Positions 1 through 15,617 of a DNA stretch of 64,000 nucleotides are shown in pieces. This DNA is from Chrysomallon squamiferum (taxonomy: Eukaryota > Animalia > Mollusca), in assembly GCA_012295275.1 (NCBI GenBank), contig CM022665.1, positions 27,466,001 through 27,530,000 of the forward strand, written 5' to 3'. A program made the position numbers and the translations under genes. The notes beneath the pieces were generated by a model, which ran no database searches, had not been told where the DNA came from, and worked only from the letters and a program-made list of their open reading frames with translations. Numbering within the stretch: the first letter of the stretch is position 1; every line of letters starts with the position of its first letter.

Positions 1-560
1 ATTTTTGTTACTCAGCACTTTTTAAATATTTTATCAAAATCAGAGCTGGCAAAGTGGTCGAAATCGATCCCTGCGGGTCACTAACTTTCTATCATAGGGG
101 TCAAACGAAGGTCAGTAAACTCCGGGATCTATTAAAGTATTATTTTATCGGTATAAGAATTTTGTGATTAATAAATAGTGAAATTTAATGCTGATAATAT
201 TTAGTTATTTATTTTACATGCTTGGTGGTCGATAAGAGATCAAGGATTGCATAAGCAGTTTGATGGTTTAAAATAAACAAACATACAACAATAAAACACA
301 CACACACATACACACACAGACACAAACAGCCACCTCCCCAAAAACCAACCCCTCCCCCCAAAAAACCCCCAAAACCAACAAAACAAATAAAATAAAATAA
401 TATTAAAATAAGAATAAAAACTCTAATGTAAAAACCAATAATATGACGTAATTTACTTAAAAACCAAAAATTTAGATGTGTAAACGATTAATACATTCTT
501 GTGTTTATTATTATTATTATTGTTATTGTTGTTGTTGTTGTTGTTGTTCTGTTTCAAAAG

Positions 561-3264
561 CTGATTGTTGTGGCTGTGGTAGCTAGTTTGTTCGTTGTCC
601 AGAATTTGGCCGGAGAGGTGGTCATGAGGAGAAAGAATGGAGAGTTTTCTACCAAATACATCACCAGTGTAATTCGTAGGTCGTCAATAAATGACTACAG
701 ATTTGACATGTGTCCTCTTTGTATAAACTTCGCTGATGAGAGCATTCAGATGTTGGAAGAATTAGCTTTAGGTAAATTCCTCTGATAATATATTATCAAA
801 TAACAAAGAGTAAAAAAAAAAAAAAAAATTAAAAAAAATGTACGAATAAACATTTTTTTTTTTTTTTTTTTTTAGTTATTATTCCAGGTTATTATTTTAT
901 AGCTGTTATTACTCGTAACAAAATATGACAGTAAGGTAATAAAAGATTTAAGCACTGCTGTTTTGTCGCTTCACAACTGAAGTCATGTCATCACGTACTC
1001 AGCCGCTTGGTTGATGTAGAAAATACGTTAGAGCAAAGCTCTTTAAGCCTTTAAGCAGCTTATATGATATTTAAAGCGTTTCGATTTCGAGTTGTATCAT
1101 TATTTTTGTTATATTATATTATATTATTTTATATTGTTATTTATTTTTTTTTAATAAAATTATATTTATTTAATTTTTTTTATTTTTTTAAATAAAATTA
1201 TATTTATTTAATTTTTTTATTTTATACTACATTATACACACTATTATAGCCAATATGTAAACTGCATTTACGAATCTCTTCTTTGTTTTCATTTCTTTTC
1301 TTTTTACCTCCTTTTTCTTTAATTTATAAAGTTATTTTTTATTTTTATAAGATGTCACTGTAATCGATACGTGTCAAGCTCTGTGCAATGCTCTGGCCAC
1401 AAAAACGGGAAGTCAGATTCTAGGAATGGTATGTCAAATCTTATGTGACACAGAAGGTATCAAAGAGTTCATCAAGGCTTTAAGAACGTGAGTATTTGAT
1501 TTTTATGCGGATATGGATTATTTAATTTTCTTCAGCAGACACTGATTAATTTTTAAAACTATTTTTTAAAGATCTATTCTTATTTACAGTTTCTTAATGT
1601 TGTTTATTTGTCTTAATAATGTGACATTTCTTCATATTGAAACTAACGTCAGAAAACAATGGTGACTGCTAGATCAGTTCCCCTGTTTAGTTTTTTTATT
1701 TAAGAACTTCATATTTATCTTCCTTTTTTTTTCTCTCTCTCTCTTTCTCGCTCTCTGTTCTAGAGTGGATCTGGACGATATTTATTTCTGTGAGTTGATT
1801 CGAGCATGTCCCATCTTCGACCAGGGAGATGCCAGCATTACTGATCTCAGCATCTCACCTGTGTCTGGACCCCAAGGTAGGTTGTCATTCAAGGATCTGG
1901 GTCAATGGGGGAACAGATGAACACCGCATACAACTCTCCTCTTTTTGTCAGTCTGTTTATTGCTGTTATTTTTAACTGTGTAATGAAATTCGTTTCACAC
2001 TGAAGATAACATACGATATAATGATAGCCAACTTTGCTTTCTTTCTTATTTTTTTTTTTTTGAAAGATATATTCTTGTAAAAAGAAAGTTAAAGAAAGTT
2101 TATTAATATTTGGATATTTGTGTTGTAGGTAAAAGGGACGATAGAACTGATATATATATCTAAAAATGGAACAGGAACTGGACAGATAGAGATAAAAGTT
2201 ATCACTGTTGACAAATTTCCTGTTGGTGAGTGAGAAAAGTATTCAAAACATTAATTGCGTTCATTATTTATTCATTTACTTAGTTAATTAGTTATATCAA
2301 ACAGAATGTAAGAACAGTTTTGTTGTTACTTGTGTGTGTGTGTGTGTGTGTATGTGCGCATGTATGTGTGTATGCTATATACAGTGGTACCTTGACTTAC
2401 GAGTTTAATTCGTTCCGTGACCGAGCTCGTATCTCAATTTGCTCGTATATCAAATCAATTTTCCCCAAAAATTAATTGAAATACCATTAATCCGTTCCAG
2501 CCCCCCCAAAAACACCCATTGTTTTTCGTTTTTTGTTTTTGTTTGTTTTTGTAATGTGTTTTTAAATAAAAAAATGTATTTATAAATGACAAATATTTTA
2601 TAAAAACAAAATAAAAGAGAATGTAAATAAATAAATTGGTTTTGTAAAGAGTTTTTATCTTGGAGATAAGACAAATTATTTTAAGGCCTTTGGCTGGAGA
2701 TACAGCCTTTATCGACTCCTTCAGCTTCAGTATTGTACATATCGTAGAAGTGCTACGCTCGTATTGCCTAGCCATGTTGACAATACGCACATATCTCTCA
2801 TGTTTTTCTATGAAATCAAGCTTTAATTCAATGGACATCATCCACTTCTTCTTCTCAGCACTGTCCTTTGCACTCACTTTCTTAGAATGCATGGCCAGAA
2901 AAAAGAAATCTGGCAAGTTGGGGCACTCGTAAGTCGAGGTACCACTATACATATATATATATATCTTTATTATTTATAAATATTTTTGACTATTATTACT
3001 TTTTGGTTTTATTTTATTTTATATATTTTACAGATGCAAGATTGTTTAATGAAGCTGGAGAGCCAGGAATTCGTCCATTTAGATTCATATTAGATGCAGA
3101 GGGTAATTGCGACCCACCGTGTGAACAGTGGAAGGAAGGCAACTATACCTTGATAGTCTGTTAGTATAAGAACACCATCATGGTCAACATCATCAGCAAT
3201 AATAACCACCACTAATAATAATAATAATAATAAAAAAAATAATAATAATAATAATCGTCATCAT

Positions 3265-3356
<92 letters not shown>

Positions 3357-3620
3357 CAAATTTTATAATATTTCCAGAGAATTATAATAAACGTAATTAT
3401 AAAGGTCCTCACTGATGCCTTACTTCTACGATATTGCAATCAAATTGACGTTAATAATTCTTAATAAAATAATGACATGAAAGTAAGTCCATTTAATTTA
3501 TTTTAATTAATTGTACAATCTTGTTTTCCAGCTGTCTGTAATGGTGAATGTGGCAGCAAACATCCACATAGTAAAATATATGACTCGCGGTCCGTAAACT
3601 TCACCATAACTCACAAATGA
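561..3620 (+). pseudogene. Countin-like gene, copy 1 (saposin B + C-terminal domain); +1 frameshift in exon 5 (pseudogene or assembly error); first coding micro-exon not securely located
   Basis: GT-AG exons 561-771, 1352-1487, 1764-1876, 2129-2225, 3034-3159 and 3532-3620 have the same phases as copies 2 and 3. Translation includes MCPLC, TCQALC, VCQILC, VDLDDIYFCELIRAC, GPQG, KNGTGTG, CEQW and CNGECGSKHPHS. Exon 5 is 97 nt versus 96 nt in both paralogues, giving TAA at 2161-2163. Confidence 0.85.
2382..2947 (-). mobile_element. Internally deleted Tigger/pogo DNA transposon in intron 5 of countin-like copy 1
   Basis: 23-bp TIRs CAGTGGTACCTTGACTTACGAGT (2382-2404) and ACTCGTAAGTCGAGGTACCACTA (2925-2947), with TA on both flanks. 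The minus strand encodes KKVSAKDSAEKKK...IELKLDFIEKHER...ARQYERSTSTICTILK, a CENP-B/psq-type HTH N-terminus typical of Tigger transposases. No DDD catalytic domain is present. Confidence 0.92.
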
Positions 3621-4180
3621 ACCAACTCAGCACAGTGAATAACACATGGAGCTCTCGTTTTAGAGAAAAAAGGAAAAGACGAAGAATATTATCTTCACTA
3701 ATACGAAAACAAAATATCATATCAAACAGTGTACAATTAACTGACATTATCTAATAAAAGTCAAAACATTTTTTTTTTACTTTATTTATATATCGTCCAC
3801 TGAAAAGAAATGATGAAATGTATTGATTATTTCTTAAAATAAATAGATAATTAGTACATAACATGTTTTGTTTGTTATTTTCATTTATTGTTACTTTTTA
3901 TTATCTTTGGATAAAAATATAATCCACTTACATTTTTCGATCACTAAACTATCAATGTCAAGGTTGAAGAAGAGAAAAAAATAAAATAAAAAAAAAAATA
4001 AATAAATACAATAAAAGAAAAGAAAAGAAAAGAAAAGAAAAGAAAATTAAATTAAAATAAAAACAAAAAGAACTCTTATAATTCTGCCTGGCTAGTTTGT
4101 AGGTTAGTGAGATAGTAGGTTAGATGAACCTTGACTCTGTGATGTGAATCGAACGTATGACTTTGTCACAATGGTTTATA

Positions 4181-4192
4181 AACAGATGACAA
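4181..4192 (+). promoter_or_regulatory. Conserved 12-mer AACAGATGACAA (E-box CAGATG overlapping TGACA) upstream of countin-like copy 2; identical copy at 9921-9932 upstream of copy 3
   Basis: The identical 12-mer lies 69 and 85 nt upstream of the respective ATGs in otherwise unalignable flanks. TATAAA at 4177-4182 overlaps it in copy 2. Confidence 0.55.
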
Positions 4193-4249
4193 CATTCTTT
4201 ACCTGACTTGAATCTTGTAGTAGTTGTTGGACGAGTCTTATCAGCTATA

Positions 4250-7032
<2,783 letters not shown>

Positions 7033-7641
7033 AGCACCTAATAAATATTAGATGATAAAAGTTTTCAGCTAATGTATATTTCTTGTCAGCAATATAAAAA
7101 AAACTAGCCAGTACAGTGCGTGGGAAAACAGAATAATAAAAAACACACACACACACACACACAAAATCCTCAAAAGAAAACCCACCTGAACACCCCCACC
7201 CCATTATTTAGTGACTTAAATAAACCGTTTCCTTAATTATCTTGCACTGTGTCAGTGTCTCCTTTTTCTTCATCTTTTATTTTCTTTGTATTAAAATTAT
7301 TTTATAATAAAATCAATTATATTTTAGTAACTGCTTTATTTTGTTTCAAAACAAAAATTCTTTGGTTATCGAAGCTACATTAAATTACAGTTGATTAACA
7401 ATTATTTTTTATTGTGTAATTCTCGTTATAACCTGGCTGCCTGTCTGATTTTCCAAATGATATTGTCACATTAATCAATTATAATCTTCACAGGCTTGTT
7501 TAGCAGGGGAAGAAAAATTGTTTTATATATTCGACGATACTAACCTAGTTTAAGTGGATACCAGTCTTTTCGAATAATATGGAAAACAACAATACAGCAA
7601 ACCTATTAGTATGTTTGGCCGAGTTCACATGTAACCAACTC

Positions 7642-7678
<37 letters not shown>

Positions 7679-7788
7679 ACATACACAATCTTTCAGTAAT
7701 GCCTCCTTTTCATAATGTCATGATGCCTTTTTTGTCATGGACCCCCCCTCATTAAAAAAGCTGGATCCGGCCCAGCACGCACGCAGCA

Positions 7789-7846
<58 letters not shown>

Positions 7847-9025
7847 ATATATTAACGATAACAACAGTTGTATATGTCTACGGAAAAGAAACACCCCGCT
7901 TTAAATTGCTTCAAATTAAGCCACCGATATTAAACAGATAAATATCCAGAGAAGTACATCCGCCAGAATATTCGCAAATTTCGGATACAGCCTCGAGCTA
8001 TTTTAACAGTGCACCGCTCTGGAAGCAGATTTATTATGGCAAATGATCGTTATACTATGTCGGACACATGATAATTCATCTTCTTCTTCTTCTTCTTCTT
8101 CTTCTTCTTTATATTGTTATTAATATATAATGTAAAACTGGAAAACAACAGAAAATAAAATAAAAATCCAAAAATATACAATTTGCTCCGAGTTCCTACT
8201 TATTTTTCAGAGAATAATATTCCAAACCTTCAACAGCATCTTCAACAAAAATGTTAATGTGCTTTTTTTTAATTCTGTCATCATGTCAAAATACATGAAA
8301 TAGATAAATTAATGAATTCAGATATTGAGGAAACATCCTCCACGAAACGATACCCGTATACACACAAACAAACACAAAGAATCATATATTTACTGTTAAT
8401 GTTACATACATGCATGCTCACAGATAAAAAATAAAATAGATATGTACTCATACAAAATGCCTTACAGTGCATTTAAAAAATATATTATTATTATTCCAGT
8501 GCTAAGGCGGACAGTTATACAGATTTGGATTGCTTTTCTCCAAAATAAATAATGTTACTGCTGGATCCAACAAACTGCAGTCGCCAAACGCGTTTTCCCG
8601 CCAAACCGTGCGAGTTCAACCCATCTTGGCATTATTTTGATAATTCAGTCATTCAACATCATTCCATGCATATTTATATTTTATAAGCATCTCTTCAAAT
8701 CGGAGTCTATTTTGTAAAACACAAATGTACCTTATGCTTATGAATTTTATGATGTGCAAAATATGTTTTATTTACATCCATCACTGAACTCGATATTTTG
8801 CTATTTTGTTTTAGGAGAAAGCATTGATGCTTGCTATGGCAATTCGTGGCCACAACGATTTATATTAGTTGTGGGTACTGATGTGGTGGATGTGAATAAA
8901 GATTGTAAATATATTTTTTTTAAATTTAATTTTTGGCCTTCTGATGAGGGGACACCTACGATGTAGGGGCACTTTTGCTTGGGTCCACGTTTCCCTACAT
9001 ATAATTATATATATTTAGAAACGCA

Positions 9026-9078
<53 letters not shown>

Positions 9079-10005
9079 CATAACGAACACACATACATAA
9101 TATCTACATTACACATACAGACAAAAAGTAGATGTACATATACACTATTTGATTTTATTATTCCAAAGTTATGGTGTAAGTATTATGCATTTGTATTTAT
9201 TTTCATTCTTCTTATAAAAATTGATTTGGCATCACTATAAGTCGACTTACAAGATCCTTTTAAAGCAGTAACATGTTTGGAGATAATAATAATAATAATA
9301 ATAAGTAAATAAATAAATAAATAAATAAAAATAAATAAAGAGTGCGGATGTTTTATGTTATGACCTACAAAAAGATGAACTTAATGTCCGAATGATAAGG
9401 TATGTACGTGTGAGTGTATTCACACATACAAACTTTTTTTTAATATACAGGATGGTTGAAAATAGCAATATAAACTACAAGGCACATCAGTTTATATGAA
9501 CAAATACATATTTTTACAGATACTTAATGTAAACATACCATTTATTTTAACAGAATATGCTACATATAAAAATAGGATTATAAGGATAAAATGATTAATA
9601 TTTTTTGTTACTGAGGTGGAAGTGGTCAACGAATTCAAAGAAAACAAACCCCGCCAAAAAACCAATACGTTCAATATTATAAAGGATTTTGGTGACAGAT
9701 ATCACTTTGGAAAGGGAAATATTCAGTGAATTTGTAATTACATATCTGTAATAGAAATTAATTAAATAAATAAATTTATATAAATTTAAAAAATGAAAGA
9801 TTTCCCTTTTTGTTTTAAGCTGACCGAAATAGTGTGTTTTCTAAAAGGCACCTTCTGTTGCAAACCCAGGGACTTATTTGATATTACAATTTGTGTGTTA
9901 TCTCTGGAAATGTGAAAAACAACAGATGACAAGACAAGGATGGATAAAAGAAGAGCAAATTGACATTTTTGTCACTTTTTAACAGAAACTGGATTATACA
10001 CAGAT

Positions 10006-10247
10006 ATGAAGGTATGATTAGTATGTCTCGCAACTTCTAGTTATCATGCTTACAGGCGTAATGATCATTACAACGATAACGATGTTGCTAATGATGACGC
10101 ATTTTTGTTTACCTCAGATCTTTAAATTAATTCAAATAAGAAAACTTACCAGTAATTTGTATAACTGTATTGTTCAGTATATAGCAACAGAACAGCATTT
10201 AAGACTTTAATAAGACTAAAAAAAAAAAAAAAATAAATAAATAAAAA

Positions 10248-10299
<52 letters not shown>

Positions 10300-13200
10300 A
10301 AAATAAATAAATAAAATCTTAAAAAACGAAAACGTGCATATACAGGCTTATGTACTTGGTACTGGTAATATGGATTGTATGTATTTTATATCTATTTCTC
10401 TTTTAAAAAAAGGCCTTATCAGTGATATTAGCAGTCTTTGTGGCTGTCAACGCCTTTCGGCCAAACCCCATCCCATCGTCTATGTTTATAAGCAAGATAT
10501 CTGGAGAAGATAACAACAGCGGCATTGATATGTGTAAAACATGCGTGGATGTGGCAGGGCAGCTTATTAATCAGGTTCTTAACATAATTCTCAGTAAGTA
10601 TTTTATATATTCACTTTATTTAGAAATACACACCTCCCTGACACACATAAAGTAATATTAATTATAATGTTACATATGTGTTTGTTATTGTTGGGATCTC
10701 TTTTGGATTCGTCTTTAAAACCGTATATAACAACAACAACAAATGAAGATTTTCTTAATTTTATAAAAATATCCATATACTTATTAAAATTCTTTGAGAT
10801 ACAAATAATAGTGTTATCTATGCTGAATCCTTAATCGTTCTTTGATGGAAGCATAATGAAAATTAACTGTAACTTTATACTGAGTTTCTGGGGCTTTGAG
10901 ATATTTTTAAAAATAATAATAAAATAAAATAGTATAATTATTTATTGCTTGTTTTAGATGTGGGTGTCATTGGCTCATGTGGAAAGCTTTGCCAATTGGT
11001 GGAACAAAAAACAGGATCTGAGATTATTGGCATCGTCTGTGATCTTGGCTGTGATTATCTAGGCATCGACGAGTTTATAAAACTCATAAATAAGTGAGGA
11101 GAATAATATTACATAAATATCCTTAATAGACCTTAGAAAATATTTAGCATTCTGATGGTGATGCACGCTATTATATATTTACTGTTAACTTCAGTTTAAC
11201 AGATACATAAATACTGGTGTGAGAAAACATGTGGATCAGGCCCTCTATATATACACATATACAATTTAAAACAAAAATAATTAAAATAAAATTTAAAAAT
11301 AATTTAAAAATCCATTCACACAGAAAACATTTTGTAGATACTTTTTAAATAACGCTTTCGTCAAAATGTGAACTCTGAAAACGTCTGAATCTACCCAAAA
11401 TGTCTCTGGAAAGAATAGTATCATGCAGATCAGGAACGAATAGCCAGACACAGACACATACTAGTACACGTAGGCACATCAAGATAATCAGTAGAGAGAT
11501 CCTACATTCAGATATTTATTATTCTGTAGAGCTGATCTTGATCCCATCTACTACTGTGAGATTGTAAAAATGTGTGCAGTGAACGACCACGGAGACGCCC
11601 ACATCACAGAGTTTTCTATTACACCGGTGTCAGGCCCACAAGGTAAAACGAATTCAGTGTTAGTTATACTGGTTGCATTCATTAATAAAAAAAAAATCAT
11701 GTACGGTAGTTTTCTGCTCCGAATATGGAAATAATGGGGTGGTTTTTTTGTGTGTGTGTGTGTGTTCTTTTTTTGTTTTGTTTTTTAAAACATAGTTATT
11801 ATTTATTTGTCGAAACAGATGAACGAAATAATATATAAATTAAAATTAACTTTAGGAAAAAGAAATATTATGATATATCGCGACTGCATACATCCAAATA
11901 AAATCTTTATGTAACTTTTTGGCTCAGGAGTTAGTGTTATATTTTGAAATGTTTTATTTTTCCTTTTAGTAGTGATAGGCTACATGCAGATATCCTAGTG
12001 TTATTGTTTTTTTCTTTTTCTCTAGGTCCAAGGACAATTGATATGACCTTTGTGTCAAAGAATGGAACTGGAACTGGAGAGATGGTCTTAGTTATCCACA
12101 CTGTTGATGGCATCCCAGTTGGTGGGTCATTTTTGTCCATTTATTTTCTTCTTTTATAAATTCATTCATTCATTAATTTTCTTTACATATTTATTTTCTT
12201 CTTTTTTAAATTCATTCATTTTCTTTACATATTTATTTTCTTCTTCTTTTTTTAAATTTTTATTATTAATTTATTTATTTATCAGTGAAATACATTTATA
12301 ATGCAATGCATGACTGTGTAAATATTTAACTAGTTTTCCAAGAAAAAATGTTTTTGTCAAAATCAAGGTCGACAGTTATTTGTAGTAAATTATAAACCAT
12401 TCAAATTTAAGACAATATTAGAAAACGTTTAATTTTGGTGAGAAAATAAAAAACTTTGTCAGCAATAAATATATATATTTAAAATAACTTTTCTGATTTC
12501 TTCAGTTTGTATTTCAAATATTTCCCAATCTAGATGAAACTAGCAAAGTTACATTTAATATAATTACATTTCTTGATTAGTAAGCTATAATGCAGTATTA
12601 GCTGGTGGTGTCAAATATTTTAAATTTGTTAACTGTAACACTTTTGCACATACATTATTATCAATCATTTCATACATGTTTAGTATCAGTATTAATATTG
12701 AAGCATTTATATACTTGTAGAAGGAGCATTTCTAGATGAAGCTGCCCCTCCAGGAACCTACCCTGTTGTTATCAACTTGAAGGCTGAACCTGACCCTACA
12801 TGTGACCCCACCCAGCAACCATGTGAACAGTGGCTTCCAGGAAAATATACCATGCGTATTGGTCAGTAACACACACACACACACACATGCACACTGTATC
12901 ATGCAAGTAAATAGAATATTTGTCACTTTTTAAGACCTTATGATAATTACATTATGTGCCAATAATTGAAGCATTTTGTATACATTAATGGCAGAGGAAG
13001 GGTGTAGTCCCCAGAATGTTTTGATAGGAATAACAAGTAAATAGTATCATTCAAAATATGTTCTCAGCTTTGTATCAGATTAATATATTAGTTTGATACT
13101 GTCATTAAACTCAAGATGCAGGACATGTTGTTTATTTGATATTTTTAGTTTGTTGTAATAGAAGCATTTAAAGCCTGCGAATTGTATTTTTCTTATACTT

Positions 13201-13318
13201 TTCTTTTCTTTTTACAGACCTCTGCAATGGTGAATGTGGAAGCAAACACCCACACAGTAAAATGTACGACTCTCGTAACATTTCTTTCACTATTACCAAC
13301 CAAATGCAACTGTTTTAA
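10006..13318 (+). CDS. Countin-like secreted protein, copy 3 (~257 aa), the most canonical-looking copy
   Basis: Exons 10006-10011, 10413-10593, 10958-11093, 11530-11642, 12026-12121, 12721-12861 and 13218-13318 total 774 nt and are open. Signal peptide MKALSVILAVFVAVNA; motifs MCKTC..LINQVLNIILNVGVIGSCGKLC, ADLDPIYYCE, DHGDA, KNGTGTGE, TVDGIPV, CEQWLPG and CNGECGSKHPHS. AATAAA at 13344-13349. Confidence 0.92.
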
Positions 13319-15274
13319 GTTGCACTTTCCCAGCAAGATGTTTTAATAAAATTTTATTATGTATCATTGTTTGAACTGTTTTTGTTTTGACAAAACACCA
13401 CAAAGACACAGCAAAACAAAAACTGTATCAATAAAAACAAAATTTTCATAATTTCTTTTTTTTTCAAAAGGAGTAGACTGTAGCACAGTAGCAGGTGTCA
13501 AAAATCATTAGTTGCAGAATCAGTCCCAATTGATGTCCTGCAATTTGAGCATCAGTTAGTGGCAATTTTACAAAACACTGGGAAGGTTGTAAAAATAAAT
13601 ACACTTTTATTTGTTTTAAATAATTTCAACACAATGAATGATACTATAAAACATTTGTAGCCAACTGTTGTTTTCTTTCTATAAATATGCTTATATATTT
13701 ATATACCCATAACTTTTTCTCACCAGCAAATATATTTCTCTCTTTTCACCACATATACCCTCTTTCATGCATAAATGCATGCATATATTCTCTTTCAAAT
13801 ACGCATTCAAATAAACCCTCCCTCTCTTGTATATATACACGATGTACTTGCTTTCTCAAACACATTCTCACCCAAGATATGTATATACCCACTCCTCTCT
13901 AAAACATGTATTCTTTCTCTCATCTCGACACACTATCGCACACTTACTAATTTACACCTGTCCCTCGTGCAGGCACATATACCCACTCTCTCTAACACTC
14001 TAACCATGTATAACAGCTCACACACAGACATAAACTCACAAAAATAATAATAAAATAAACAAAAACAAACAACACAAAATAAATATAATATAAACAAATA
14101 TATTAAAAAAATTAAAAATTAAATAATCTTTTATTTATATATTCTGTAAACAATATGCTTACACACTTCTTGTATATGGTCAAACAGTTTTACGAGATTT
14201 GCAGGCTTCATGGATGAAAGCAATTTGCTACCATCAGCTGGTAAAATGAAGTCTGATTACGAGACTGAAATATGTACATATTTCAAATTTAAAAACTATT
14301 AAGATTATTATATTCTAAGATATTATTAAACCAAAATATTCATTCTTTCTTTCATGTATCTTCTATTCATGAGATGATAATAAAAAACAAAAAAATTATA
14401 GAAAATGACATTTTCCTTTAGATTGGAAAACTGACATTTATACAATAATGTTTTTAAAACCATCAATATTTTCAGTTTAAAATTTATGTTGATAAAATTT
14501 AAAAAAATAAAAAAGAATAAAAAACACTACAAAGAGTAAAAAAAATAATATATTTTTAATTGTTTATGACAAATAAAAAAGTTTTCACCAGTCAAAAATA
14601 TCTACCACACATTTTAATAATGCCATTCCAGTAAAGGCTAAAATTTTAACTGAAGACACAGTGCAAATTATTTGAAATATAAACTATAATTCTTCAAGTC
14701 ATTTTGTGTTTCAATTTCTAAACAAATTAATATTTTTCTACAACATTGTAACACTCAGTAATTTCTCCTAACAATGATTGTAAATATTCTATATGAATCA
14801 TTGCTAGAGTTGTTTCAGTCATTAAAATAGTATATTTTATTCAAGATATTTTATCCTTTGTTGTTGCAGTTGTTGTTGTCATTTATTTAAATTAACAAAT
14901 TATTAGCCAATGTTCAGAAGTGATTAAAATGTTGCATTAAACTTTAAAGAATTTTCTTCATCCAAGTTAGGAACGAAAACATGGATTCATCTGAAATAAA
15001 ATAATGGAGATCACAGAATAGATATATTTTATTAAAACTGATAGCAATACTTGAGACTATGTCAAATCAGATGATTATAAATGTTTCTGTATTGAATTCA
15101 GTGCGCATGGGGGCGTATGAATTTGTATAAGACCAAAAAAGTATTAAATATAAGTTAAACTTTAACTGATATTTTTATTGCAGTTTAATTAAACTAAATA
15201 TTGTAATGTCCCATATTAAAAGCATATGAATCAGCTTACCTGAACACACACAAAATTACATTACAGATACATAT

Positions 15275-15519
15275 CTAAGACTCAGATGTAGAATCATCAG
15301 TATTATTAACAGTTTTGAAACCTGAAATCTTCACTCTTTCTACATTCTTTGAGAGAGTCATCATACTCAGGTACTTGTCAGCTGAAATGACAATTGTAAA
15401 TTATTTATTTAGAAAATATATTCTTCATTTATAAAGAAAAAGCCACTGCAATATTTTTACAAGGATAAAACCAAACCAACCAAACAAACAAACAAACAAA
15501 CAAACAAACAAAAAAAAAA

Positions 15520-15552
<33 letters not shown>

Positions 15553-15559
15553 AAAAAAA

Positions 15560-15617
<58 letters not shown>

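Noticed and set aside
7970-8045. FGYSL...SAPLW resembling an integrin FG-GAP repeat
   Set aside because: The two motifs are in different frames and no other integrin exons are present.
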